Part shown: piece by piece, positions 27,352-37,126 of the stretch
Layout of the letters: each line of letters opens with the position of its first letter
Position numbering within the stretch: the stretch's first letter is position 1
Position numbers and translations under genes: made by a program
The notes under the pieces: model-generated
What the model was told of the DNA's origin: nothing
Database searches by the model: none
Seen by the model: only the letters and a program-made list of their open reading frames with translations
DNA from: Nitrospirota bacterium
Lineage (GTDB): Bacteria > Nitrospirota > Nitrospiria > SBBL01 > SBBA01
Length of the DNA stretch: 56,118 bases
Direction: 5' to 3'
Assembly (NCBI GenBank): GCA_038059935.1
Contig: JBBTIN010000005.1
Location: 1 to 56,118, forward strand

Positions 27352-28542
27352 CTATTTGCGCTCCAACACCATTGCCGAGCCAATCCCTCCACCGACACAA
27401 AGCGAGACCACACCCAACGACAAATTCCGCCGTTTCATCTCGCGCAAAATGGTAATCACCAGCCGCGTCCCGCTCATTCCCACCGGATGCCCTAACGCAA
27501 TAGCGCCACCATTCACATTGACTTTATCCCGTGACAATCCAAGCGACTGCTCCACCGCAAGATACTGCGCGGCAAACGGTTCGTTAATTTCAAATAGATC
27601 AATGTTGGATAATTCTAACCCGGCCTTCTTCAGCGCCTTTGGAATGGCCAAAGCCGGGCCCAACCCCATTCGAGACGGCTCTAGTCCAACGGAGACGTAA
27701 GAGCGAACATATCCTAACGGCTCTTTCCCCAACGATTGTGCCTTTTCTTTCGACATGATCAGCAATGCCGCGCCGCCATCGCTAATGGGACAAGCGTTCC
27801 CCGGCGTGACCGTACCGCCTTCCTTGAAGGTCGTCGGATAAAGCGAAAGCATCTGCTCGGTTAACGCAATGTTTGGCCCTTCATCTTGCGCAAACGGTTC
27901 CGGCGTGACGGGTTTTCCCGCGACCATCTTTGGAACCGGCATGGGAACAATCTCGTCCTTAAACTTTCCTTCTCGAATCGCGCGAAACGCTTTTTTATGA
28001 CTAAAAACAGCATATTGGTCTTGCTCTGTGCGGGAGATTTTAAACTCCTCCGCCAGATTCTCCGCCGTATATCCCATGACCTGTCCGCAGAAGCCGTCAG
28101 TTAACCCTTCCCAGATCGTGTCAATCATTGTGGTGTGACGGAGCCGATGTCCAAATCGCATATCGCGCGAGACAAACGGTGCCAACGACATATTTTCCAC
28201 GCCACCCGCGACTTGTAGATCGGCATCGCCCGAATAAATATTCTGACAAGCATTCACAACGGCTTGAAGACCAGAGGCACAATTGCGCGCCACGGTATAG
28301 GCGGGGACGGTCATCGGTAATCCAGCCATCAATGTAATCACGCGGGCGAGGTTGGTCGCGTCGCTATATTGGCCGACACATCCGAAGATCACCTCGTCCA
28401 CCTCGGCGGGATCCACGCCTGTTCGGTTCATCAGTTCGCGCACCAGATGGCTTCCCATCTTTTGGTTGGTGATGTCTTTTAGTGCCCCGCCCATATTTCC
28501 AATCGGGGTTCTCACCCCATCAATAATCACAATTTCTTTCAT
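27352..28542 (-). CDS. Acetyl-CoA C-acyltransferase (thiolase)
   Basis: RTPIG, NCASGLQA, EINEPFA, NGGAIALGHPVG, LCVGGG. Confidence 0.93.
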   Translation of the reverse strand: MKEIVIIDGVRTPIGNMGGALKDITNQKMGSHLVRELMNRTGVDPAEVDEVIFGCVGQYSDATNLARVITLMAGLPMTVPAYTVARNCASGLQAVVNACQNIYSGDADLQVAGGVENMSLAPFVSRDMRFGHRLRHTTMIDTIWEGLTDGFCGQVMGYTAENLAEEFKISRTEQDQYAVFSHKKAFRAIREGKFKDEIVPMPVPKMVAGKPVTPEPFAQDEGPNIALTEQMLSLYPTTFKEGGTVTPGNACPISDGGAALLIMSKEKAQSLGKEPLGYVRSYVSVGLEPSRMGLGPALAIPKALKKAGLELSNIDLFEINEPFAAQYLAVEQSLGLSRDKVNVNGGAIALGHPVGMSGTRLVITILREMKRRNLSLGVVSLCVGGGIGSAMVLERK

Positions 28543-28558
28543 TTTCCCTTTCCTAAAT

Positions 28559-28698
28559 GGCACCTCTAAAAACCGTCACGAGCGACTAGAGTACAAGGCG
28601 CCCGGAGCACAGGAACCGGAGTGTACGTAATGTACATGAGGATTTCGAGCACCGCGCAACGCAGTAATCTAGCCGCACAGTAGGTTTTTAGAGGTGCC
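28559..28698. mobile_element. 140-bp MITE with perfect 16-bp TIR, overlapping the fadD 3' end
   Basis: GGCACCTCTAAAAACC / GGTTTTTAGAGGTGCC; internal TGTAC-GTAAT-GTACA hairpin. Confidence 0.8.
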
Positions 28699-30363
28699 CC
28701 CTAATTCTTCCTCAATCAACACCCTTCGTAACACCTTACCAATCATTGTTTTGGGAAGCGATTCCCGAAACGAAATCTCTTGCGGCACTTTGAATCGCGC
28801 CAAATCATTTTTGCAAAAATCCATCATCTCGCTGGCAGTCGCAGTCTGACCCTCTTTCAGAACAATATACGCCTTGATCTTTTCTCCGGCAAAACTATCC
28901 GATAACGGCAATCCGACGACAACCGCATCCATTACTTTCGGATGCCGATACAAAACCTCCTCGACCTCGCGGGGATACACATTTTCCCCCTTGGTCTTGA
29001 TCATATCTTTTTTACGATCCACAATAAAAAAGAAGCCTTCTTCGTCTTGCCGCGCCATATCCCCCGTGTGAAGCCAGCCGTTTTTAATCACATGATCCGT
29101 GTCTTCAGGTTTATTCCAATAGCCTCGCATTACTTGAGGCCCACTCACAATCAATTCCCCAACATCACCAACGGCCATGCGCTTTTCCCCGCTCTCCACA
29201 TCAACAATTTTAGCATCGGTGCTCGGAAGCGGAAGACCAATACAAGCCTCTTTGCGTTTCCCATAGATTAAGTTGGCATGGGTGACAGGAGAAGCCTCCG
29301 ACAATCCATACCCTTCAACCAATTTTCCGCCAGTTAATGATTCAAACTTTTTTTGCACCTCGACATGAAGCGGCCCGGCACCGGACAGACAGACCCGAAT
29401 AGATGAGAGATTATAATCCTTCACGGTCGGGAAATTATTGATCGCAACATACATCGCCTGAACGCCCATAAAGATTGTTGCCTTTGTTTTTTGAATCGCC
29501 TCCAAGACATCGCGTGTTGCAAATCGCGGCAGAAGAATCATTCGTGCCCCCAGAAAAATAGCGAGGTTCATACAAGACGACATTCCATAGACATGGAAAA
29601 AAGGAACAACGGCCAAAAATACTTCTTCCCCATTTTTAAAATCCGGCATCCATGCGCGGCACTGAAGCGTGTTGGCCATTAAATTGCGATGCGTCAGCAT
29701 GACTCCCTTGGGCGTTCCAGTCGTCCCCCCCGTGTATTGCAATAGCGCGAGATCATCCGATGAGACCTCGACGAGCGTCAAATCCGATGAGGCGTCTTTG
29801 ATCAACGATTTCATATCATATAAAAAATGTTGCTTGGGCAATTTAACAGTCGTGCCCTCTTTCATGGCCTTAATCGGATAAAGCAGGGCGAGTAAAAAAG
29901 GAAGGGCATCCGGAACCGTTGTCACAATCACCTGTTTTAACGGGGTCTTCTTGATAATCGCTTCAATACGTGGATAGAAAAGATCAAGCGCGACAAGGGT
30001 CTCCGCCCCCGAATCCACCAGTTGAACCTCTAACTCCCGCTCGACATAAAGGGGATTGGTCATCACCGCAATCGCGCCGATTTTGAGTGTCGCATAATAG
30101 GCAATAATGCATTGCGGAACATTCGGCAGCATGATGGCCACGCGGTCGCCTTTTTTAACGTGGAGCGTTAATAATGCATTGGCAAACCGATTGACGGACG
30201 CTTCCAACTGTGCGTAAGTCGTCTCCTTCCCATAAAATTGGGTTGCCACATGGTTTGGATAGGAACGCGCCGTATCGGTTAGAATCTGAAAAAGTGGGGT
30301 GTTGGGGAGTTCAATTGTTTCTGGGACGCCCGCATCGTATTGTAATAACCAAGGTTGACTCAT
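28669..30363 (-). CDS. fadD: Long-chain fatty acid-CoA ligase
   Basis: LQYTGGTTGTPKG, EGYGLSE, GWLHTGD, VDRKKD, LPKTMIGK. Start at 30363 or 30375. Confidence 0.9.
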   Translation of the reverse strand: MSQPWLLQYDAGVPETIELPNTPLFQILTDTARSYPNHVATQFYGKETTYAQLEASVNRFANALLTLHVKKGDRVAIMLPNVPQCIIAYYATLKIGAIAVMTNPLYVERELEVQLVDSGAETLVALDLFYPRIEAIIKKTPLKQVIVTTVPDALPFLLALLYPIKAMKEGTTVKLPKQHFLYDMKSLIKDASSDLTLVEVSSDDLALLQYTGGTTGTPKGVMLTHRNLMANTLQCRAWMPDFKNGEEVFLAVVPFFHVYGMSSCMNLAIFLGARMILLPRFATRDVLEAIQKTKATIFMGVQAMYVAINNFPTVKDYNLSSIRVCLSGAGPLHVEVQKKFESLTGGKLVEGYGLSEASPVTHANLIYGKRKEACIGLPLPSTDAKIVDVESGEKRMAVGDVGELIVSGPQVMRGYWNKPEDTDHVIKNGWLHTGDMARQDEEGFFFIVDRKKDMIKTKGENVYPREVEEVLYRHPKVMDAVVVGLPLSDSFAGEKIKAYIVLKEGQTATASEMMDFCKNDLARFKVPQEISFRESLPKTMIGKVLRRVLIEEELGGTSKNLLCG

Positions 30364-30389
30364 AACCCGCTCCATTTCTCGATGGTGAA

Positions 30390-30417
30390 TTTATACAAAT
30401 GACGATGGGAAAGTCAA
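30390..30417 (-). promoter_or_regulatory. Putative sigma70 promoter of fadD
   Basis: Minus strand TTGACT-N16-TATAAA. Confidence 0.45.
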
Positions 30418-30476
30418 TTTAAGAATGCTGCGAGCCGATTTGATTTTATCCTCTTTTTGATGTTAAGAATTGGGCC

Positions 30477-30812
30477 ATGAAAGTAGATGTTGTTTATGCG
30501 ATTCAAACTCGGCCGGACGATGAAGACCCGTTATTGCATGAATTTGGACTGCTTTATTTTGAGTTTGCAGAATTAGAAACGGATAGAGCAAAGCCTGCTG
30601 TTTGGGTTCGGTTCTCCGATGTGAATCAAATTGAGACGTTGCAATTTCACTGTCCAGACGCGAAACTGGGGCCATCCGCGGCCTTTACAGAGGCGCTCAT
30701 TCTGACGGATTCTCTGGATGCGGCTAACGCGCTTTGCAAGAAAATCGAGCATTTTTTGACAGACGCGCAGATGAAAGAAATATTTGGGGAAGATACGCTA
30801 GAGGATTATTGA
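30477..30812 (+). CDS. Hypothetical acidic protein
   Basis: 111-aa ORF, first of a tightly packed plus-strand operon. Confidence 0.65.
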   Translation: MKVDVVYAIQTRPDDEDPLLHEFGLLYFEFAELETDRAKPAVWVRFSDVNQIETLQFHCPDAKLGPSAAFTEALILTDSLDAANALCKKIEHFLTDAQMKEIFGEDTLEDY

Positions 30813-30814
30813 TC

Positions 30815-31522
30815 ATGCTGAAAGCCGTTATCTTTGACTGCGATGGCGTGATCATCAATAGCGAGCCACACCATCTAAAAGGGTTTCAGATGGTATTGGC
30901 CGAAGAGGGAATTTCGTTCACCGAAGCAGAATACAACAAGACCTATCTCGCGATGGACGACAAGGGCTGTTTTGAAATCGTCATGGCGAAGAACAATCGC
31001 CCGACCGATAAAGCGACGATTAAAAGGCTCATTCACACGAAGATGGCCATCTACAAAACGCTTGCTGAACAAGAGACCCATATTTATCCGGGCGTTTTTG
31101 AATTGGTCAAGGCATTAGAAGGGAAGGTTCCTCTGGCGATTGCATCGGGAGCCTTTCGAGGTGAGATTAAATTTGCGCTGGATCAAGCCAATATCCGTTC
31201 CGCGTTTCCGATTATTGTCAGCGCGCAGGATGTGAAGCACGGAAAGCCGCATCCAGAGGCTTTCTTAACCGCGCTCACGAAAATAAATGCCCTCTACCGA
31301 CCAAACAATTCAGAACAACTGCCATTGATAATGCCAAGTGAATGTGTTGTAATCGAAGACTCCGTGCACGGGGTGGGTGCGGCGAAAGCCGCTGGCATGA
31401 AGTCGGTGGCCGTCACCAACTCCTATTCAAAAGAGATATTGATTTTGTTGGCGGATTGGGTTGTTGGGAGTCTCACGGAGGTTCATCTGGAGGCGTTGGA
31501 GCAATTATGCAAGACGGATTAG
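30815..31522 (+). CDS. HAD-family phosphatase (beta-phosphoglucomutase-like)
   Basis: FDCDGV, IASGA, GKPHPE, IEDSVHG. Confidence 0.92.
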   Translation: MLKAVIFDCDGVIINSEPHHLKGFQMVLAEEGISFTEAEYNKTYLAMDDKGCFEIVMAKNNRPTDKATIKRLIHTKMAIYKTLAEQETHIYPGVFELVKALEGKVPLAIASGAFRGEIKFALDQANIRSAFPIIVSAQDVKHGKPHPEAFLTALTKINALYRPNNSEQLPLIMPSECVVIEDSVHGVGAAKAAGMKSVAVTNSYSKEILILLADWVVGSLTEVHLEALEQLCKTD

Positions 31523-31779
31523 AAAGACGCATTGACCATTTAGAATCGGTCATTTTTGCGTTACAAGAAAAAGTGGCTGTGCTGCAATTAGAAGCGCGGC
31601 TTGCCTCGAAGCGATACGTCGCGGCCTGTCCCGCTTGCAAACATGAATTTGATCTGTTGGTAAATCATTACAGTATCGGTCTTTTTGATAATCTGGTCTA
31701 TGTGAAGTGTCCGCATTGCAACAAATCTATGCCGGTTGTTGATCAAGAAGGTGGCGGGATTCGTGTCGTTTCAGATTAG
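31507..31779 (+). CDS. Coiled-coil plus zinc-ribbon hypothetical protein
   Basis: Heptad LERRIDHLESVIFALQEKVAVL, CPAC...CPHC; GGAG RBS. Confidence 0.7.
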   Translation: MQDGLERRIDHLESVIFALQEKVAVLQLEARLASKRYVAACPACKHEFDLLVNHYSIGLFDNLVYVKCPHCNKSMPVVDQEGGGIRVVSD

Positions 31780-31827
31780 GTGGCGACGGTACTCCAAACA
31801 GTAATTGCTCACATGAGGTTAGGTAAT

Positions 31828-33381
31828 ATGAATCAAATATTCGTTGGTCAGGGCGAGCAGCCCGTTCATCTGTTTGCGAAGTACGGAAATCGTCACGGCC
31901 TCATTGCCGGGGCCACCGGCACGGGAAAGACCATATCGCTTTTGGTGCTGGCGGAAGGGTTCTCTCGTCTGGGTGTCCCGGTGTTTATGGCGGATGTAAA
32001 GGGGGATGTTGCAGGTTTAGCCATGGCTGGCGTGACGAACGAGAAAATCGAGAAACGGGTCAAACAGCTTGGAATTTCGGGGTATACTAACGAGGCCAAC
32101 CCCGTGCTATTTTGGGACATATTTGGCAAATCGGGACATCCTGTACGCGCAACCGTGAGCGAAATTGGGCCAACCTTGTTGGGGCGTATTCTGGAGCTAA
32201 ACGATGTTCAATCCGGCGTGTTGGAGATTGCCTTCAAACTGGCGGACGATCGCGGATTATTGCTGCTTGATCTTGACGATCTGCGTGCCTTGCTCGCGTT
32301 TGTCGGGAACGAGCGAAAAGAAATATCCGCCGAGTATGGTTTAGTAAGCGCGCAATCGGTCGCAGCCATTCAGCGTGGCATTTTATCGCTTGAACGCGAA
32401 GGAGGGGAGGCATTTTTCGGGGAACCGGCATTGGAACTTTCCGATCTGATGCGTACCGATCTGAACGGCCGTGGCATCATCAATATTCTTGCGGCTGACC
32501 AATTGATCCTCAAGCCGAGACTGTATTCCAGTTTTTTGCTATGGCTTTTATCGGAGTTGTTTGAGAACCTGCCTGAGGTGGGTGATCTCGACCGTCCCAA
32601 ACTGGTTTTTTTCTTTGATGAAGCCCATTTGTTATTTAATGATGCCCCTGCCGCACTTTCCCAACGTGTAGAGCAGGTGGTGCGCCTGATTCGTTCCAAA
32701 GGGGTGGGGGTTTATTTTTGTTCACAGATTCCTGATGATGTGCCCAACGAAATTTTGGGTCAGTTGGGAAATCGGATTCAGCATGCCCTGCGTGCCTATA
32801 CCCCGCGCGATCAAAAGGCAGTGCGTACCGCGGCAGAGACTTTTCCTAACAATCCTGCAATTAACGTTGCCGAAGTGATTTCCCAACTGGCCGTTGGCGA
32901 GGCACTCGTATCCACCCTTCAGGAAAATGGCGTGCCGATGAAGGTTGAGCGTACAACCATCGCCCCGCCGCGTTGCCGTATGGGTGCTGTCACTCCCGAT
33001 GAACGCGCGACAGTCCGGGGGCGTAGCCCAGTCGGCATGAAATACGATACGCCTATCAATCGCGAGTCGGCTTATGAAAAACTCAATCAGCGTGCCACAC
33101 CGACAGATAAAGCACCAGTGACAGATAAAGCACCAGTGGCGGAACCTGCGTCTGTTTCGCCCCAGCCTTCCAAAGCCATGACTCATCCCCAACCCATTGA
33201 AGAAAAGAAAAGTGAGGAGCCAGGACTAATCAGCGGCTTATTATTAGGTACAGGGCGGCGGCAGGGGCTGGCAGAAACGATGGTGAAGCAGGTTGCCCGT
33301 ACGGTTGCAAGCCAGGTTGGCCGGCAGATCATGCGCGGTCTACTCGGTGGTCTCATGGGTGGATCACGATCTCGCAGATAG
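31828..33381 (+). CDS. DUF853 / YjgR HerA-like ATPase
   Basis: NRHGLIAGATGTGKT, DVKGD, FFDEAH, RLIRSKGVG, QLGNRIQHALRA. Confidence 0.92.
   Translation: MNQIFVGQGEQPVHLFAKYGNRHGLIAGATGTGKTISLLVLAEGFSRLGVPVFMADVKGDVAGLAMAGVTNEKIEKRVKQLGISGYTNEANPVLFWDIFGKSGHPVRATVSEIGPTLLGRILELNDVQSGVLEIAFKLADDRGLLLLDLDDLRALLAFVGNERKEISAEYGLVSAQSVAAIQRGILSLEREGGEAFFGEPALELSDLMRTDLNGRGIINILAADQLILKPRLYSSFLLWLLSELFENLPEVGDLDRPKLVFFFDEAHLLFNDAPAALSQRVEQVVRLIRSKGVGVYFCSQIPDDVPNEILGQLGNRIQHALRAYTPRDQKAVRTAAETFPNNPAINVAEVISQLAVGEALVSTLQENGVPMKVERTTIAPPRCRMGAVTPDERATVRGRSPVGMKYDTPINRESAYEKLNQRATPTDKAPVTDKAPVAEPASVSPQPSKAMTHPQPIEEKKSEEPGLISGLLLGTGRRQGLAETMVKQVARTVASQVGRQIMRGLLGGLMGGSRSRR
33103..33138. repeat. 18-bp exact tandem duplication
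   Basis: ACAGATAAAGCACCAGTG twice (TDKAPV twice) in a low-complexity linker. Confidence 0.8.
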
Positions 33382-33511
33382 GTAGTGGGTGAATTTCATA
33401 TAAGCATATTATTCCCGCAATTTTTAGGCGGGAATCTATGGTTTTATGATAAGAGATTCCTGCCAGAAACACGCAGGAATGACAGATCACTTTTCAAACT
33501 CATCCACTACC
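33381..33511. mobile_element. MITE-like element: imperfect 18-bp TIR around an ATTCCCGC..GCGGGAAT palindromic core
   Basis: GGTAGTGGGTGAATTTCA vs reverse complement GGTAGTGGATGAGTTTGA; core ATTCCCGC..GCGGGAATCT...AGATTCCTGC..GCAGGAATGAC. Confidence 0.65.
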
Positions 33512-33526
33512 CGCAGATAGAGGTCA

Positions 33527-33556
33527 TTGACACCGGTTTCTTCTTTATAATACAAT
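33527..33556 (+). promoter_or_regulatory. sigma70 promoter of the cold-shock gene
   Basis: TTGACA-N18-TACAAT, implying a 5' UTR of about 130 nt. Confidence 0.55.
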
Positions 33557-33692
33557 TCCAGATTGTAGGTAGTAGGCTGTCCTGAAACAATGGTTTTGTG
33601 GGTGACTGTCTTAGACATGAGTAATTCAGTTTAAGCGCAGTGAAAGCGCACTGGTCGGGGTAGCATTTAGTAATGTAATGGAGGAAGTAGAA

Positions 33693-33902
33693 ATGGCAAA
33701 AGGTCATGTGAAGTGGTTCAACGCGAGCAAGGGATACGGATTTATCACGCAGGAAAATGGGGGAGATGTTTTCGTTCATTTTTCAGCGATTCAAACAGAG
33801 GGTTTTAAGTCTCTGGCTGAAGGCCAAGAAGTCGAATTCGAGGTCACTTCCGGCGCAAAAGGACCACAGGCAGCAAACGTAACAGCACCTATCGTTGGTT
33901 AA
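33693..33902 (+). CDS. Cold-shock protein (CspA family)
   Basis: [32 protein letters not shown]; GGAGG RBS. Confidence 0.95.
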   Translation: MAKGHVKWFNASKGYGFITQENGGDVFVHFSAIQTEGFKSLAEGQEVEFEVTSGAKGPQAANVTAPIVG

Positions 33903-33911
33903 CTAACGTTG

Positions 33912-33934
33912 CTTAACACTTTATAAGTGTTAAG
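33912..33934. terminator. Perfect inverted repeat after the csp stop (terminator- or operator-like)
   Basis: CTTAACACTT-TAT-AAGTGTTAAG; no U-tract follows. Confidence 0.35.
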
Positions 33935-34016
33935 TGTGGGAAGGAGGGGGTGCCTCAAACGCCCTCTCCCTCTCCAAAATCTCCTTCCCGTTCAGATTTT
34001 CTCCAAGCAACTCAAT

Positions 34017-34134
34017 AGACTGTTTGAAAACTGTCGTTTCGACCAAAGGGAGAAATCTGTTATCTTAATGTTGTCGAGCTCTTGAGATTTCTCACTTCGT
34101 TCGAAATGACAAAAAAGGAGTTTCCACACAGTCT
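34017..34134. mobile_element. MITE-like element with the same core as 300-445 but a different TIR
   Basis: AGACTGTTTGAAAACT / AGTTTCCACACAGTCT around TGTCGTTTCGACCAAAGGGAGAAATCT..AGATTTCTCACTTCGTTCGAAATGACA. Confidence 0.7.
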
Positions 34135-34145
34135 GTCAACCGTTA

Positions 34146-35567
34146 TTATTTTAGGTTTAGTGCAAGAAATTTTAACTCGGTCATTTCGAGAATTGCGTAT
34201 CGAATTCCTTCTCGTCCGATACCGGACTCTTTAATTCCGCCATAAGGCATGTGATCAATTCGATAAGTGGGGATATCGTTTACAATCAGCCCGCCCACTT
34301 CGATTTCATCAAAGGCCTGAAAAATGTTTTTGATATCTCTTGTAAAAATTCCAGACTGTAATCCATAATGCGATTGATTCATCCCATCAATCGCATTATT
34401 TATATGTTGATAAGGGGTCACAGTAACCACGGGCGCAAAAATTTCTTCACAGAAAACTTTCATCTGGGGTGTAATATCGGCTAAAACTGTTGGGGTCATG
34501 ACATTGTCCATGCGTTTTCCTCCAGTTAAAACCGTTGCGCCCAATGAAACCGCCTCCGAAATCCACGCCTCTGCGCGTTTTGCTTCATGAAGGCTGATCA
34601 TGACACTCATATTTGTTTTTTCATCCATCGGGTCTCCCACTTGAAGTGCTGCGACCTGCGGAAGAAATCGTTCTAAAAAAGGTTGATAGACACTTTCTTG
34701 AATATAGATTCTTTGTACCGAGATACAAACCTGTCCTGCATAGGCAAAACCGCCGGCCACACAACGCACTGCGGCATAATCCAAATCGGCATCAGAATGA
34801 ATGATCACCCCTGCGTTTCCCCCCAATTCCAAAAGAACCCGCTTTTTAGGCAGTTTTTCTTTCAAAGACCAACCCACTTCGGCACTGCCAGTGAACGTGA
34901 GCATCTTTATTCTTGGGTCTTGTGCCATTTCCTCCGCAAGGGAATTTGTTGTCGAAAAAATTTGGACTGCGCCTTCCGGCAGCCCTGCCGACGCAATAAT
35001 TTCTGCTAGCAACAACGCGGTCAAAGGCGTCTTCGGGGCCGGCTTTAGAATAATGGTATTCCCCGCGGCCAGAGCAGGAGCAATTTTATGGGCAACCAGA
35101 TTCAGTGGGAAGTTAAACGGCGCAATGCCTAAAATCGGCCCAATCGGAACCCGTTTCGTTAGACCAAATCGTTTTTCAGAGCCGGCCATCAGATCAAGCG
35201 GCATCACCTCACCGTTGATTCGTTTGGCCTCCTCTGACGCAATCTGAAAAGTGAAAATAGCGCGATTCACTTCAGATCTCGCGTCGGCAATCGGCTTGCC
35301 CGATTCGCACGTAATCATCTGCGCGATTTCATCATGCCGATCTTTCAGACCGTTTGAAATATGAGAAAGTGCCGCTGCACGTTGGAAGCTAGAAAAGGTG
35401 CGCATGGCTTGAAACGCTTGCACCGCAGAGCAGATTGCTTCTTCAATCTCTTCAGCACCCGCGCAATAGGTTCTGCCAATGCTTTCACTATTATAGGGGT
35501 TTTGCACCAGAAACGATTCCGAGGTGCTCTTCCATTTCCCCCCAATCCATATTTTATAATCTTTCAT
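34146..35567 (-). CDS. Aldehyde dehydrogenase family protein
   Basis: PFNFP, KPA, FTGS, LELGGN, GQVCIS, EEIFAP, PYGGIKESG. Confidence 0.94.
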   Translation of the reverse strand: MKDYKIWIGGKWKSTSESFLVQNPYNSESIGRTYCAGAEEIEEAICSAVQAFQAMRTFSSFQRAAALSHISNGLKDRHDEIAQMITCESGKPIADARSEVNRAIFTFQIASEEAKRINGEVMPLDLMAGSEKRFGLTKRVPIGPILGIAPFNFPLNLVAHKIAPALAAGNTIILKPAPKTPLTALLLAEIIASAGLPEGAVQIFSTTNSLAEEMAQDPRIKMLTFTGSAEVGWSLKEKLPKKRVLLELGGNAGVIIHSDADLDYAAVRCVAGGFAYAGQVCISVQRIYIQESVYQPFLERFLPQVAALQVGDPMDEKTNMSVMISLHEAKRAEAWISEAVSLGATVLTGGKRMDNVMTPTVLADITPQMKVFCEEIFAPVVTVTPYQHINNAIDGMNQSHYGLQSGIFTRDIKNIFQAFDEIEVGGLIVNDIPTYRIDHMPYGGIKESGIGREGIRYAILEMTELKFLALNLK

Positions 35568-35579
35568 TGCGTCATCTCG

Positions 35580-36455
35580 CTAATAATTGAAAACAATTCC
35601 AGCTAAAATAATCGCTCCGATAAAGACATGCGCCTTAAAAAGAGAAAACAATCTTTCTCTTTCTGCGGAGCGTCCGCTGCGGAATGCACTCAAAAGCAAG
35701 ACGGTTTGATAGAGCAATCCAATCGCCGCGATCATCAGTGCCTCATAATAGGGCGCTCCCATTTTGGCTTGCTGTCCCACAAGATAAAGCAATAAGACGA
35801 CATTCAAAAAACAAAACCCGATTGCAATTGTGCTTTTTGATCCAAAAAAAATTGCCGTGGATTTCACCCCAATTTTCAGATCATCCTCTTTATCCATCAA
35901 CGCATAGATCGTATCATACCCAATCGTCCAAAAAAGATTTGCAATAAAAATCAGAATAGGAATGAGTGTAATCTCATTGAGAACGGCCGTCCATGCCATC
36001 AGAATGCCAAAACTAAAGGCAATGCCTAAAACGGCTTGCGGAAAATGAGTCAATCGTTTTGCAAATGGATAAAAAGAAGCCACGAAAAGCGCAATAAAAC
36101 TAAACAGAATGGTTCGCGTATTTAATAGTAAAACCAATAGGAATGAAACGGTCAAAAGCGGAATCAATACAAAGAACGCCTCTTTGTGGGTCAGCACACC
36201 ACTTGCTATCGGACGATCTTTTGTTCGAGCGACCTGTGCATCGAATTTATAATCGGTCATGTCGTTGATCACACAACCTGCGCTTCGCATGAAAAAAGAG
36301 CCCAGAATAAAGACCATTAAATGCGTAAGCGTCGGGCGCCCCGAAGCCGCAATAACGAGTGACCAAAGTGTCGGAAAGAGAAGCAGCAGCGTGCCGTAAG
36401 GCCGATCCAATCGCATCAGATGGATCAGCGCATTTCTTTTTTCAAGCGAGAACAT
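35580..36455 (-). CDS. ubiA: 4-hydroxybenzoate polyprenyltransferase
   Basis: RLDRPYGTLLL, MRSAGCVINDMTD, YPFAKR, YDTIYALMDKEDDLKIGVKSTA. Confidence 0.92.
   Translation of the reverse strand: MFSLEKRNALIHLMRLDRPYGTLLLLFPTLWSLVIAASGRPTLTHLMVFILGSFFMRSAGCVINDMTDYKFDAQVARTKDRPIASGVLTHKEAFFVLIPLLTVSFLLVLLLNTRTILFSFIALFVASFYPFAKRLTHFPQAVLGIAFSFGILMAWTAVLNEITLIPILIFIANLFWTIGYDTIYALMDKEDDLKIGVKSTAIFFGSKSTIAIGFCFLNVVLLLYLVGQQAKMGAPYYEALMIAAIGLLYQTVLLLSAFRSGRSAERERLFSLFKAHVFIGAIILAGIVFNY
35665..35683 (+). repeat. RCG-loop micro-hairpin, in-frame within ubiA
   Basis: GCGGA-GCG-TCCGC-TGCGGA; encodes RSGRSA. Confidence 0.7.
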
Positions 36456-36999
36456 CTTTTTTAATAACGCGATATCGCTCCGCTCCACAAAGCCGTGAAA
36501 CCAGTTCCAATGCAAATTCCATTGCAGTACCAGGGGCGCGGCTGGTGATAAATGGCCCATCAACGACAACGCGCTCTTCCTGATATTCGACCCCCGGCAT
36601 TTCTGATTGAACACACGGATGAGACGTTGCCTTTCGGCCAATCAATGCCTGCGCAATCAGAGACGGCGCGGCACAGATTGCGCCAATCCATATTCCTTCG
36701 CCGCGGACGTTCCGCTTTTTAATCGCATCATTGAGTATCTGCATCACCCGTTTGTCTTGACCCAGATGCGCCACGCCTTCGCCTCCGCCCGGGAGGACAA
36801 CCATATCAAACGTTTCGTTTTGCGCGTTATCAAGTGAGCAATCGGCCAGTAGGCGCACGCCGCGCGAACCGGTAATCGGCCCTTCGATGGTGCCTCCGAC
36901 CATCACTTCGACGCCTGCGCGGCGCAAGATGTCAATCACGGTAATGGTTTCGATCTCTTCAAACCCTGGGGCTAAAAATACAAGCACTTTCTTTTTCAT
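36442..36999 (-). CDS. yajL: DJ-1/ThiJ/YajL family protein
   Basis: GFEEIE, DILRRAG, LPGG, AICAAP, ITSRAPGTA. Confidence 0.88.
   Translation of the reverse strand: MKKKVLVFLAPGFEEIETITVIDILRRAGVEVMVGGTIEGPITGSRGVRLLADCSLDNAQNETFDMVVLPGGGEGVAHLGQDKRVMQILNDAIKKRNVRGEGIWIGAICAAPSLIAQALIGRKATSHPCVQSEMPGVEYQEERVVVDGPFITSRAPGTAMEFALELVSRLCGAERYRVIKKDVLA
36697..36715 (-). repeat. RCG-loop micro-hairpin, in-frame within the DJ-1 gene
   Basis: Minus strand GCGGA-ACG-TCCGC-GGCGAA; encodes RNVRGE just before the AICAAP strand. Confidence 0.65.
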
Positions 37000-37043
37000 G
37001 GCTTCTCCTTGATGAGTCTTTCTCGGATCATATCTTTAAACCC

Positions 37044-37076
37044 GCAGGGAAGGGCACGTTGCAACGTGCCCTTCCC
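37044..37076. repeat. REP-like perfect palindrome with a GCAG foot
   Basis: GCA-GGGAAGGGCACGTTGCAACGTGCCCTTCCC; the core is identical to the REP at 11883-11902. Confidence 0.7.
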
Positions 37077-37126
37077 TAAAATCTAAACACCCTCTTGGTC
37101 TTGTAGGTAATGGTAAAACCCCTTCA

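Noticed and set aside
24657-33138. 9-bp and 18-bp tandem repeats as phase-variation switches
   Set aside because: Unit lengths are multiples of three with low copy number, so slippage would not shift the frame.
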